Below, piece after piece: positions 48,738 to 60,900 of a stretch of 64,000 bases of DNA. The notes beneath the pieces are model-generated. The model was not told where the DNA came from, did no database searches, and worked only from the letters and a program-made list of their open reading frames with translations. The stretch is taken from assembly GCA_000934665.2 (NCBI GenBank), contig KZ538092.1:62001-126000 (forward strand), read 5' to 3'. This DNA comes from Catajapyx aquilonaris. Lineage: Eukaryota. Position numbers and translations under genes: made by a program. The stretch's first letter is position 1. Each line of letters opens with the position of its first letter.

Positions 48738-50304
48738 ATTATAATTTATTTGTAAAACTTTCTTTATGAACTCAGTAATGATGTATTTTGAGATAAAAAG
48801 TCCTCCTATCGGGAGATTGAACATAATTTAAATTAATTCATGTGCATCCAGAAGGAAGGTAGGCTGTTTGTTACACCAACAGATAATATCATGTGTATTT
48901 TGTGCAACGAAATTAGCTTAATTAGAGTACATACAAAAGGTACAATATTTTTGCTAGCTATTGTTTCTAGTTTCAAAACAGTTTTTCCTCTCGTGCAAGT
49001 GAATGTTACTGATTCAGTCCAACCGCAAAATTACAATTTGACTCCACAAAAAAAAAAATTACTTACTCGTCATGTATACTGAGTACATTTGTCATCCTAC
49101 CCTTTTGTGTGTTTGGTACAGCAACCACATCATTCATTTCGCTATCTCGAGCATTTTGTCACATTTCGATAAAAATCGCACCCCCTTCCCTCCCCCTCTC
49201 GAAAAAAAAAAAAATTGCATTTGTATCTAGCACGCGGAACCAGCACGTTACTTCCACCCGCAGACTAACGAGTAAGCCGTACTGTCCGCCCGAATTAAAC
49301 TTGAAATTATTATTTCCCAGGGGAAAACCACCCCCCCCCCCGACAACACCACCACCTCCCCCCCATGAAAAAAACACATAAATTCGCGTGCGTGTTTTTT
49401 CACTCCCAAACGTGCGTGCCAAACACCCCCCAAAAATCCTAACCAGCGCTAAGCAGGCGACAAAACCCCCCTCCTTTTTTTTCCCCCAAAAATTCCTAAT
49501 AAGAAAACTGAGCCAATATCTTCCTTCATAAAAATCGAGAGGTCTATCCCTCTTAATGCGATGAGTTCCCGGAGATCTAAACAAGCGACAAACAAACGGG
49601 GGAGACAAGCTGCTTTGGAATAAAAGACGACGCTGGAGGTTTTTGGAGGGTGGGTTGGAGGATGGGGGTTTCCATGGAGATAACGCCCCTCCTCCTTCCA
49701 AACTCTCAAGTCACTTTTTTTTTTCGTCTTCTTACTCTTCCTTGCTTGCTGCCTCCCAATCCAACTTTTCTCTCTTTAGGCAGGCCCGAGGCTTCCTTTC
49801 CCACACTTGTCGAGCTGTCACTTTGCGAGAGTTGGGAGCGGATTTAGCTTTGCCTAGAGAGTAGAAGAACCCAAAGGAAACTGGGGGAGAGAAGAAGAAG
49901 AAGGTTCTCTCTTGAAGAGAGAGCGAGGGATAGAAAATGAAAATGGAAAAGCGAGACATTAGTGAGCGAGTACAAATGCCCCCTTGTGCGAGAGGGGGTG
50001 GACTCTCTCTTTCTCTCTGCGCTTATCGCGACCAAACATGGAAAATGGCAATTACTCTTTTCATTTCGACCCTCCCCCACTCTCTCTCTAGCTCTCCTTT
50101 CCAACCCACCTCGTAGCCCCCAAGGAGATTTGATTTACGCCTAGCAAGCACGCCAGGCAGCAGCGGATAGGGAACTTTTGCGACCTAACTTTTCCTCCAC
50201 CCACCACATCTCTTAAAAGTTAAACTTAGAGCTAAAGGTAGATGATACGTTTTTTTATCCAGCTTAGCAAATTTAATTATGTTCTTTCCTTTTCATTTTT
50301 ATAT

Positions 50305-50520
50305 ACTTTTTTTTTCATCGAAAACAAGGTTATAGAACGGATCTGTCCGTCTGTCCGTCCGTGGACAGGTATCAGGGCCTAAACCGCAAGAGATAGCGAC
50401 AAACGGTTTTCGGATTCGGATTCAGTGTGCACGAAATGGGTTTCATAGGCAATTTGCGGCGACTGGGCACTTCCGGCGACCGGGCACTGAAAACCGGAAG
50501 TGCCCAGTCGCCGGAACGAA
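50305..50520 (+). mobile_element. DINE-1/HINE-like (Helentron-derived) element fragment
   Basis: T-run start, GGTTATA followed by (TCYG)n microsatellite, and a perfect 20-bp inverted repeat CGGCGACTGGGCACTTCCGG (50457-50476 / 50494-50513). Confidence 0.55.
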
Positions 50521-52636
50521 AAATGAGACTGACAGCAGTAAATGTCATTGTTGTCCTATTATAATCGCATAGTGTCGTATCGTATCGGGTTTGTCAGCCT
50601 CATTTCCCGCTGCTAAAAAGACGACTCGGATCACGCCCATCTTGGCAAATTTAATNTAACGCTATTGTAAGATTTAAGTGTAGATTGCCCAATAACATTT
50701 GGTTTGACTTACGATCAAGTCTGATACATGTTTGAAAAAAACTGGGTATGCAAATGGGGGGTAGGTTGCACCTATTTTGCCAAATTTATGCATTGCGCAA
50801 AGCATGAAGTTTGCAAGATTTTTTTATTTCATCTCTGCAGTCTCCCGCATTTAGGTTTCTGTTTGGATAGGGCCGTGCCGACGTATAATTTAATCAAGTC
50901 TCAAGATGAATTAATCATCGGTCACTCGCGGATTTTAGCTCCTTTTTTTTTCTCAGACTGCAAAAAGGCAAAAAAGAGCTCTATAAGGTATAAAGAGGGC
51001 TGTCACTAAGGCTGATTATTCTGATTATGCAAAGAGTTCTCTTTGCGTCTGCCAGACGTTGCCGGGCTGTACACAAGATTATGCAGAATTTTAAGCAAAT
51101 GACTGCGACAAGAAATCATCACCTAGATAGTAGTGCTTTCACTTTCCCCGTTCAACAGTTAGAGTACAGAGTAGTACAGCTCCCTGGTGGACTTTGTCCG
51201 CGAAATGACTCATCACCAACGTGCATATGGTTCGCCCTGAGAGTGGCAGGGGTGTGCAGAGTAGTGCGCCAACTGGTAGTGGCCTATCGTACTAAGTCCA
51301 AGTTGGGGAGGTGGGCCAAGCAGTGTTGCCAAAATTTGGCTACTACAGTTTTCTATAATTTCCACACACACACACAAAATCGAGCGTGGCTGGACTCTCC
51401 ATGAGATTTGGGTGCAAGTGTCGGAGAGACGAGCAGGAATAATTTTGAGGGTGGGCTTGGCTGGCAAATGAGATACATCCCCCCCCCCCCCCCCCCNCCC
51501 CCACGAAAAGCCAGATAAGCTCAATTTTCTCCCCAGTGGAAAGTGCCGCACCGCATGCAACACAATCCGTATATATACACCGGAATTTCCCCGCAACCCT
51601 CCTCCGGTTTGTATTCCGTGGCAATAACCCGCCTTTTCCGGTTGGGAGTGCACAGAAGTGCGGAGGTGGAAACCGAGCATAAATCAGGCAAAAGGCTTAA
51701 ATCGTCATAATTAAGCCATAACTATAAAGGGTGTGGCGAGGGATGAAGAGGGAAAATAGATGAGATATTTATCCCTCCCCTAGTATAGCCGTCTACTAAT
51801 TGAGCCAGCGAGTGCAATTAATCCCTTAGGCTTCGGGATGAGGGAGGATGTAAAAAGAAGTGTATTATGAGGGGGGNGGGGGGGGGGGGGTATGTGTGTG
51901 TGTGTGTGCTTTTCCCTCTCATTTGCAGGCCATTTCTTCCCCTCCTCCAGGGTCCGGATCTAAGCCCGGAAACCCTTATAGAGCTATAGGGGAGGGTCAG
52001 ATGGGAGGGGGGAATGAGATTCCGGTCCGTGTTGCCGACTTCATACCGAGAGAGGCTATACGTGAGGGAATCCCTGCACTTGTTGCTGCATGCCTCTCAT
52101 TCCACGGGGGGAAATCTAATCGCGGAGTTCTCTGGTGACGTAGAGACCCCCTTTGCACCATGGTAACCTGATTCACTTATGGGTTTTTGAAATGGAGTCA
52201 TTTGAAAATTCATGACCGAGCGAGGCTCGTTAATCATTGAGTGGTTACTGCCATTGTGAACTGGAGAAGTCGGGAGGAGATCAATGTCGAAAATTGTGGC
52301 CGGATTTAGAGAGTGACGGTCATCCGCGGGCAAAAATTATATAGATGAAATAAACAGAAAGTTGCGGTCAGGCTGTGGCGTGTTTTGCAGTACGGTAAAA
52401 TGCGAAAAACAAGTTGCATTAGCGAGAAATGTTGCTGTTATATGAATTCCAAATATGCAGTTGGTATACGCTCACTATGCTGTTTGTGAGCGACAAAATT
52501 ATTGGTTATTTGCGAACGGTCGGTTTTTTTAGCCATAATTTTTGTATAATGGAAGCTTGAAATTTCTCATTTTTTTTACAACACACGTAATCAATAGCAG
52601 TTGAAATATTTTGTGTCTAGCATTCAGGCCGTTGGT

Positions 52637-52784
52637 GTACTATCGGGTTCAAATTCTTTTGCCCACTTTATCCTGGTCTTGAAGCAACCCTTCGCACAGA
52701 GCCCACGTTAAGGAGATGTGTGTATGTGAAGGGTTGCTTCAAGACCAGGATAAAGTGGTCAAAAGTACTTGAACCTGATAGTAC
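52637..52784. mobile_element. Near-perfect fold-back/MITE
   Basis: ~57-bp arms including a perfect 31-bp core CCACTTTATCCTGGTCTTGAAGCAACCCTTC; ends GTACTATCGGGT / ACCTGATAGTAC. Confidence 0.8.
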
Positions 52785-55700
52785 ATAATGCACATTACCT
52801 GTGAATGTGGCCTTTGCTTGGAAAATGTTATAAATGACACCCCCTGACCTTTCCACACATCTCTTAAGGTCCAGATATTGGCCCATACTCCATAATTTCC
52901 GATCGACCTTTCCTTGTCGCCCTTTCACTCTCGTACAATTATTCCAAACACTCTCCAGCAAATTTTTTTCTACGCAGCTGGCATTGCATTGCTCTAAAAC
53001 GCTTCCAGCTCGCTTTTGCTGCTTTCACCTGCTGAATTAATTACCCTCGGCGGTTTGTCGCATCTCATAGTAAGTGCAGACCCGGTTTAGTCCTGAGAGC
53101 CCTCTTTAATTCATCTCCGAAAGTGGAAACCGATCTGAGTTCAGCCCCCCCTCCATCCAAAATCCCCAAGATCCATATACACAGAACCGCATTCGCAATG
53201 AAGTGTCTCTACACAATGCTTAGTTCCTTGCAACTTGTACACACACACGTAATGATGGCAGCAGAGGTGGCAACCCGGTGGAGAGAAAGCGTGGTGATTG
53301 GCTGCCAAGCTCATTCGCTCGCGAAAAGCAAGTTGCCGCTCTGACGGTCAAAGGGAAGAGGAAAAGCGGGGCCCCAGCTTTTGGCTTTGAAGCTGGAGGC
53401 CCCCCCTAGGCTTCGACCAAGGGAATTAAAATCCGCCCCCCCTCTCTCTATATGTACCTATACATATATATGTACAGTACAGATCCCCCTCCAGCTCTCT
53501 GCCTCCCTCCCCCCCCTTCCAAAAGCGATTAGCCAAGTTGTTTCCTCTCCCTGTGAAAAGAGAGGAGGGTTGGGGGAAAAAGATAGATGGAGAAGGGGGA
53601 TTCTGGGAGAGGACCACCCCCGATGGCAACGTCAGCTGCCTCTCTTCTCGTCATATTATAGAGTACCTGAAAATGTAGCTCATATGCATGTCATTCCTGC
53701 TGAAAAAAAGGGCGGAGGGCAGATATATGCACGCGGTTGGGAGGGTGGAAAAAAAAAGTGGAAGTAGTTGGTGACATGTCAAAGGCTGTTGGAATGATGA
53801 AAAGGTTGGGAGTAGAGTTTGTCACATTTTTGTAACGCGGTTTTCCTCTGGCAGAGAGAGAGAGAGATTGACATGTCGACTAGGTGGGGAGGTAAAACTG
53901 TAGTTGGGAGTTAAATGGGATGTAAAAAAATGTAGCCTTTTTTTTGATGTCTCAGCGAGTGGTGTACTACCTTTTTGGGGGCAGTTTTGCAGGCTGTGTA
54001 GAGCTGGAAGAATAAAAGGGGAATTTAAAATGTGTGAAAGCCACAGTGTAATTATGCATGGTTTACATGTTAGTCTTGGGCCAGATTTTTTTGCAATAAA
54101 GTTCAGGGTAAGTTTCGCCAGATTTTAATAACTGATTTGCAATCTACAGCTGCCCGATGTGCTGGAAGCAATAAGCAGATGAAAATTGATTTTAAAAAAA
54201 ACACAGCACCGAAATTGCTTTTCGGAGCAAACGCCAAATATTTCTGGGCCGGTTTTGTATCGACTCAAATTAAGGGAACTTGTATTACGAATACCTGTGC
54301 ATAATCGTATTTTCTTAATTTGCGTTCATACAGCGGTGCCTCAAATGTTTATAATTAATGAGATGCTGGATATTTTTTTTCCTTTCAAAAAAATATGGCG
54401 CAGATTATGTTTTGTTCAAATATTTTTGCACCACTTTTTTAAGGATGAAATTAGGCATTTCTATTGTGGAATTCAAGTGTAATTATGCGTCAGATAGTTT
54501 TTAAAATGCAAAATATGCAGAATTGTTACGGTTCGTTTTTTGGGGGGTAAAAATCTAGATCTGACTTGTTCGACCCCCCCAGGAAACCCTGGATGTGCAT
54601 TTTACATTCAAAAAGTCGGCATGGAGTTCAATCTGGCGTGGAGTGCATTAATGCATTATTACACCCCAGCATTTTTTTTAGGCAGTGAGACTATAGAAAT
54701 ATATTGATTATGCCTGCTGGGTGTAACATCGAGCATTCAAGTCAGCGAAGAGAACCGAAAAAAACGCGACATTTTTACCTGATTGGCTTCAAGGCAACTC
54801 TCTCTTTTTTATCCAGTTCCGTTCGCTACATTCCCTGCAACTCATGGATATAATCAACGCGATTCGAGCTTGCAAAAAATTTAGGCATGTAATAATTTTT
54901 TAGCTGACTATTCCCCTGCAGAGTTGGCCTGCACAGTGTTCTCGGCGGTTGATCATCAATGGAATTTCGGTGTTTTAAAATCCTCGTTAGATTTTTTAAA
55001 TATTTAAAATGTGGGCAATGTACGAACCGAATTCTCTGAAATTTTTTTTGAACAGTTATTTTTATGAAAGCATACAGTTATCCTAACCACTCCGTGACCC
55101 TTGCGTCTCTCTTGTTCGCCACATTGACTACATCTAAGGGGCAAATATGTTTCTCCCAGAGTTATTTTTTTGCCGGAAATGAAACTCGCCGAAAGATGAA
55201 TGACGTTTGATGTCAGTTTTGGACGTCGATGACGGCAGCATGTGAGACACAGCAGTTGTCAAATTCGCAAGGTATACATCAGGTTGTGGCAGGAGGATGG
55301 GGGAAAATGCAATTCATGGCCCCCCTCCCCCCAAAAAAAAAGTTTGGGGGGAAAAAATGGACAAGGGGAGATTTCACCTGCGGCTGCGAATGGGCGTCGA
55401 CGGCGTCGTCATAGAAACGACGCTGATGGGGGAAAAAATATAGGGAGAGAAGAGAAAAGCAGCGCGGGAAAGCGCATCAGGTTTTGTTTTGGATAACTTT
55501 CTAGGGACCCATGGGTGGGGGGGTTTGAATGGGTTGGGTCCCTATAGAGAGAGAGACGACTATAGTGTCAGAGCGTGTGATCTGAATTTTTATTTCGGAG
55601 GCCTTTTCAATTGTGCCAGTTGCTGCCAATGATGAGTTCGGAGGGGCAGGAAATGTCTGCAATTGGAAATCGTTTGCGCAGCGTCCCCTTTTGTTTTCTG

Positions 55701-56792
55701 GGTGAATGATTTGTGGGCCTGATTGTTGTTTTGGGGGGGTGGGCTCCCAACCCACCGTCTGTCTATATAGAAAAGCCTAGGATCTAGCGACCTTCCGCGA
55801 CATAAAGCTCGTCAGCATCCACATTCATCTTCCGTTCCCTAGGATTTTCATTCAATCCTCCTTCCCCNCCCCCCATTATTATTATTGCTTCGAGACCAAT
55901 TTCTGCTTACATGCCGACCTGACTTCTTAGACAATGCTATCGGGAGATTTCAGGACCCTACTTCCAACAACTTGTCCTGAAAATGGGATTTACAGGGGAG
56001 TTTTTTTTGTAACCTAACTGGCAAACTTTGATACCCTGCGTAACATTTTCCCCTGATGCAATAGTCATGTCAAGTTTAGTTACGCAGCACCCTGTGACAA
56101 TGTCTTTCCCAGCAAGATGAATTGTTTCAATCTTGCAGCTACTTCTTTCTGGCACATAAACTCCCCCTTTCCATCTGGTATAAAACGACCTTTCTCCACG
56201 CAACAATATTGTTGGCAACCCCAATTTGGCTTATTTTTACAGCCCCATTTACTCGCCGGTTCATACGTAAAAATGGAGAGATCTCTTTAGTCTTAAAAGC
56301 TGAAATTGTCAAGGGTACTCCTGCATGCGTGGCCTGTCGTCTCGCTGGTATTTTTTCTTCTTCGTGGAGGGACACACCCACGATTTATCTCCCTCTCTTC
56401 ATCCCCTCTGAACCTCAATCTCCTCTCTGGCGGAAGGGGCAAATTTCCCGCTCGGTTTGGCAGTCGACGTATCGACATGTTATTTGAGCCCACAATTTCT
56501 TCCTATTTACTCCGGATTTCCAACAGCCCCTCTCCAGCAACAGCCTCTCCCTTCTCTCCAGCAGCCAATCCCGCCCACCTCAATTTCCACCTCATCCATC
56601 ACACTGTTGCCATTTCTCATTTCCCGCTCATCTCTCGTCAAATCCGTCCCAAAAGAGGCGACTAATTTGTTCCGTTAAGGGACGCTTTTTTTTAAAAAAA
56701 AAAAGAGGCAGCTATAGACCAACAAGTAGTCGAAACTGGTGATGCTGTCGTCAGAAGCAAAAAAAGGCCACAATAACTAAAACAAACAACAC

Positions 56793-56991
56793 CTAATATC
56801 CTTATTCTCTCCGTCGGATGTTTGCACGACCTGATAGTACCACTATCTCCCGCACGACTTGAGAGTGGCGGGAGTGTGCAGAGGAAGGGCGCGCCATCTA
56901 TCCGTGAAAAATAGTACGACATGGTAAATCGACCACCAGAGCTGTACTATCAGGTCGGACAAACATCCGACGGAGAGAAATAGCTTATTAG
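56793..56991. mobile_element. Inverted-repeat element enclosing a piece of the 41.2-kb repeat family
   Basis: TCTCTCCGTCGGATGTTTG.CGACCTGATAGTAC / GTACTATCAGGTCG.CAAACATCCGACGGAGAGA. Confidence 0.7.
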
Positions 56992-57731
56992 AAGAAAGTG
57001 TTGCCAAATTTTGGCAACAGGTTCACTTCTGAATAAATAAATGCGATGCGTTTTTTAAAAGTGTCGCATCAGTCCAAGCTGCAAAAAGGTTCTCGCAGCT
57101 TTTTTTTGTGTCACAGACCGATGCGCGTCATGCGGGGGGGGCCATAATTTTCGGGCGTGCTGGTCACAAAATGACGGGGCCGACTATGGCGGATTTTTTG
57201 TTTAATTTTTCGAGGGGGGGGGGAGAGTGCAAATCTAATTCGTCACCTCTCGCAGTAATTGCTTTACGCTTCATTATTATTGTCATTAGCGAAATCGGGG
57301 CGGTTTTGGGACAAGCCTCATTTGGCACGTGTCGATTACATGAATTCATGGATGACGGATTGTTTTCATAACGTACACACTGATAGACAGTTGTGTAAAA
57401 AACTGCCCATGTTTTTTTTTAAATGCCGAAAATGCGAATCTCCCTGCAAATTTGCGAATATTTACGTCAACAGTTTCATTGAATGGCTGCATCGAGAGAA
57501 ATCTAGGCCAGGTTCAATGTGGTGCTGCATTCTAATGGTATTTTCATGTGTGTAATTTGAGTGTTTATTTTTTATTTTTTTTAATGACAACCGGTCCGGA
57601 CCAGGTCCACTTTTGACTGTCTCGTGTAAATGTGCCCTGCTACGTGAATCGACCGCTGCAAGTTTTTAATTATCAATATTTGACAACACTTTAGATCAAC
57701 GCGGTTGCCCGGATTTACCCCCCCCCCCCCC

Positions 57732-57949
57732 NNNNNNNNNNNNNNNNNNNNNNNNNNNNNNNNNNNNNNNNNNNNNNNNNNNNNNNNNNNNNNNNNNNNN
57801 NNNNNNNNNNNNNNNNNNNNNNNNNNNNNNNNNNNNNNNNNNNNNNNNNNNNNNNNNNNNNNNNNNNNNNNNNNNNNNNNNNNNNNNNNNNNNNNNNNNN
57901 NNNNNNNNNNNNNNNNNNNNNNNNNNNNNNNNNNNNNNNNNNNNNNNNN
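57732..57949. other. Assembly gap
   Basis: 218 N flanked by poly-C and poly-G runs. Confidence 1.
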
Positions 57950-60900
57950 GGGGGGGGGGGGACGTTGAATGACCCCGAGGATGGCCTCAGGGGAGTTGTG
58001 GGGGGGTCCGATTTGAGGGGGTTGCATATAGTGTGCTTTTCCCTCTTTATTCCCCTCCCACATATACACACACTCAACATACGACACACACATAATAGGG
58101 ACAGCATGCCACAACATACATATGTCCCTCCAGGGCAGGACCCCCCCAAAAAAAAACAACCCGGAAGGGGCTCGTTTCAAGCGCTGACCTGACACCCTCT
58201 TGACAAGTGCGGTCGCCTCGCTTCTGGCCACTAAATTGACATTGGGTTGATTGTCATGTGGCTGGTGTGTGGCACACCCGTTTGCACTGTAAACTAGGTC
58301 TGATGCTCTTGTGTTGGCGTGTATGTGGGGGTCCAGCAAGCGGTATATGTGTGGACGTGTAAGATCCTGTGTTTGCCACCCGGGATTGTGTTGACTTCGG
58401 ATTAAAGGTTGTGTTGACTTGGAGGATTCAGAGGATGGTGTTTGTGACGGACAATGGCGATAAGTTCGAGACGTTGTGTGACCTTTAACAAGAAAAGATG
58501 TGACAGGAACTATCCAGACTTTTTTCATACACACTTACACTCAAGGGTCGAATCTTAAATATTTTTTGCACTCCTGACGTTCATCTGGAGTGAAAATTAC
58601 TTGCTTGGAGTGCTTAATTGTAATTACTGGGGTTAACTTATAAAGTTAAAAAGCAGAACCAAATGGAGTGCACACCAAAGGCTCGGTTTGGAGTGCAGTT
58701 GACAATTTGGACTGAGTTGCATCCGAATATTTCGACCCCTCTGCTTACACGAAATATAGTGTTAATATTTAAACGGATTCAATCCATGCACTGCCTTTGA
58801 TATGATCAGGAATGGCATAAATTGTATGAATAAATGAGCTCATAATTCTTGCAGTTCAATGACGTTATTTTCTACCTGGATCCGCCATTATAAAATATTA
58901 AGAAAGCCATCTACAGTGCGATAATGGAGGTATGTCGGCTGTATTGATTTTATAAACAATGGATGTGCCTTACACGCCCTGCTGGAATTTTTTTAAAGAA
59001 TCCTCTTTATAGGCCGAATATGATAAGCAAGTAGTACGCATGCCGTAATTAATTATATTTATTTTGCCCCGCAACATGCCATGATTATATAGTCTGAGTC
59101 TGTACAGGGTTGATTTTCCCACATTTTTGACCTTATCCGGTTTGGATCGGCTATTCTTCCGGATATATTTTCTGGACTAGAGATCGATCATGTTTCAATA
59201 GGTTTGACGAAGCGAGCTTGTTTTTGGCAACGGTCTAACGGACTATACGTTATTATATAAAGGGACTTCTCGTCAATAACGGATTCTCTCCACACCGTCC
59301 GGTCTAGTCCGATGGAGCGTTTGCCCTCTTGATTTTCCTTTGTAACTAGATACACACAACCCTGTTGTGTACGTGCCATAACCTATGATGTCGGAGATCA
59401 GGACGGCGCCATAAATTTATTAGTAACCGACCGATCTATTTTTCATCCGACCCACGCCACAAAATATTGACACACCACTCCAAATGGTATGGTTCACATA
59501 AACGTGAGGTTCCCGATATAGTACATACGACGGTCAGGTTCCGTCCAATCATTTAGCTTCAATTAGCTATATAGGGGACCTCTCAAAATCGATTAGTGCT
59601 GCATGTCTCCCACAATTTGTATATCATTTATTAAGGTGTCACGAACTGCTTTAAGACACTTGGCTAGTAATTGGAATCACGATTTTCTGCACCTGTTTGC
59701 GTTTGGGACACTTTACAAAAGGGGGGGGAAATGGCCCGATTTTTTTTCTTCCTCGTCCTCTCTCGGAAGATATTAAGTTCCGTGACGGATTCGCCCTACG
59801 AAAGTGGTCTTCCATCATAGTTATCTCGCAAACTGACAGTGGAAAGGACAGGCAGAGCAATATTTGCGGTGAATCTTCCCCCCCTATATAACATCCCCAT
59901 GTCCGCAAAACTTCTTTTTTGGGGGGGGTCCCCTCCCATCACATTTCCATCCCCCCCTCCACACACCACAGGTTATAATCCAATGTAAATGATGCTATTA
60001 ATAATGTAATAACAAACATCTATACCTGTGCAAATGCCGGTTTATTGATTATTGCATCTCGTTTTGTTCATTGCGCCGGCAAATCGCTGCGATTTGACTC
60101 GAATTAAAATTAGTCGCGGGAGAACGAAGCGGAAAAGTGGGGGGGTATAGGGAGGGGGTAGGTATAGAGGAGGGGTAGGAAAAATATTTCGGACTTTCAA
60201 CCCTGTTCACATACACGCTATTAATCTTTCCGGAACTTTCAACATTATGCGATCAGGAACCCGGGCGAGTGTTCAAAATTTTATTTTTGTGAATTGGAGA
60301 GGAGGAGGTTTCGATCCTCCATTAACGCCATAAAGTGGATATTAATCAGGTTTAAGAGCGGTTTGGGCCCCCAATAATGGGGGAGATTTGCACAAAAAAA
60401 ATATATATTGCAACGGGGATAGTACTAAATCCTATAGGGGATATAGGGGGTCGAAGTCCAATATTTAGTGGGACCCAAATGGAGCTCCATTTAGTCGGCA
60501 ATATTTCACGGGAAAATGTAGTGATTGCGTGACAAAATATTAATGGAACGGGTTTTTCTCATTTTTGATTATTTGCACACGGTAGATACGTGAGATCAAT
60601 TCTGAATTCTTAATAGGTATTGATTTGCTTTAAACCATAACTTATCGACAGGAAATGCAATAGGGATTTTAAAAATTGAATCCTTTGAAATTGGACCTGT
60701 AGGAGCAATTTGACTGTTTATTTGAATTATGTTCGCACAGTATAGGCCTACTATGTATACAGTTGACGTTGCACTCATTTATTCAACACTATGCATGCAA
60801 AACCTGCAGGAAATTTGTACTGCATCATATTGAAATATGAATATTGCGATAAAAAACCTCCATTAATTTTTCATTAATTGCCTTCCTTTTGATTTTTCAT

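Noticed and set aside
56796..56803. ATATCCTT resembling a second U12 donor
   Set aside because: Lies in an inverted-repeat arm with no upstream exon or matching branch site.
57581..58534. 317-aa ORF
   Set aside because: Spans the N gap; no recognisable domain.
58538..58745. Possible TIR element (GGGTCGAA ... TTCGACCC)
   Set aside because: Match too short and degenerate to call without a repeat library.
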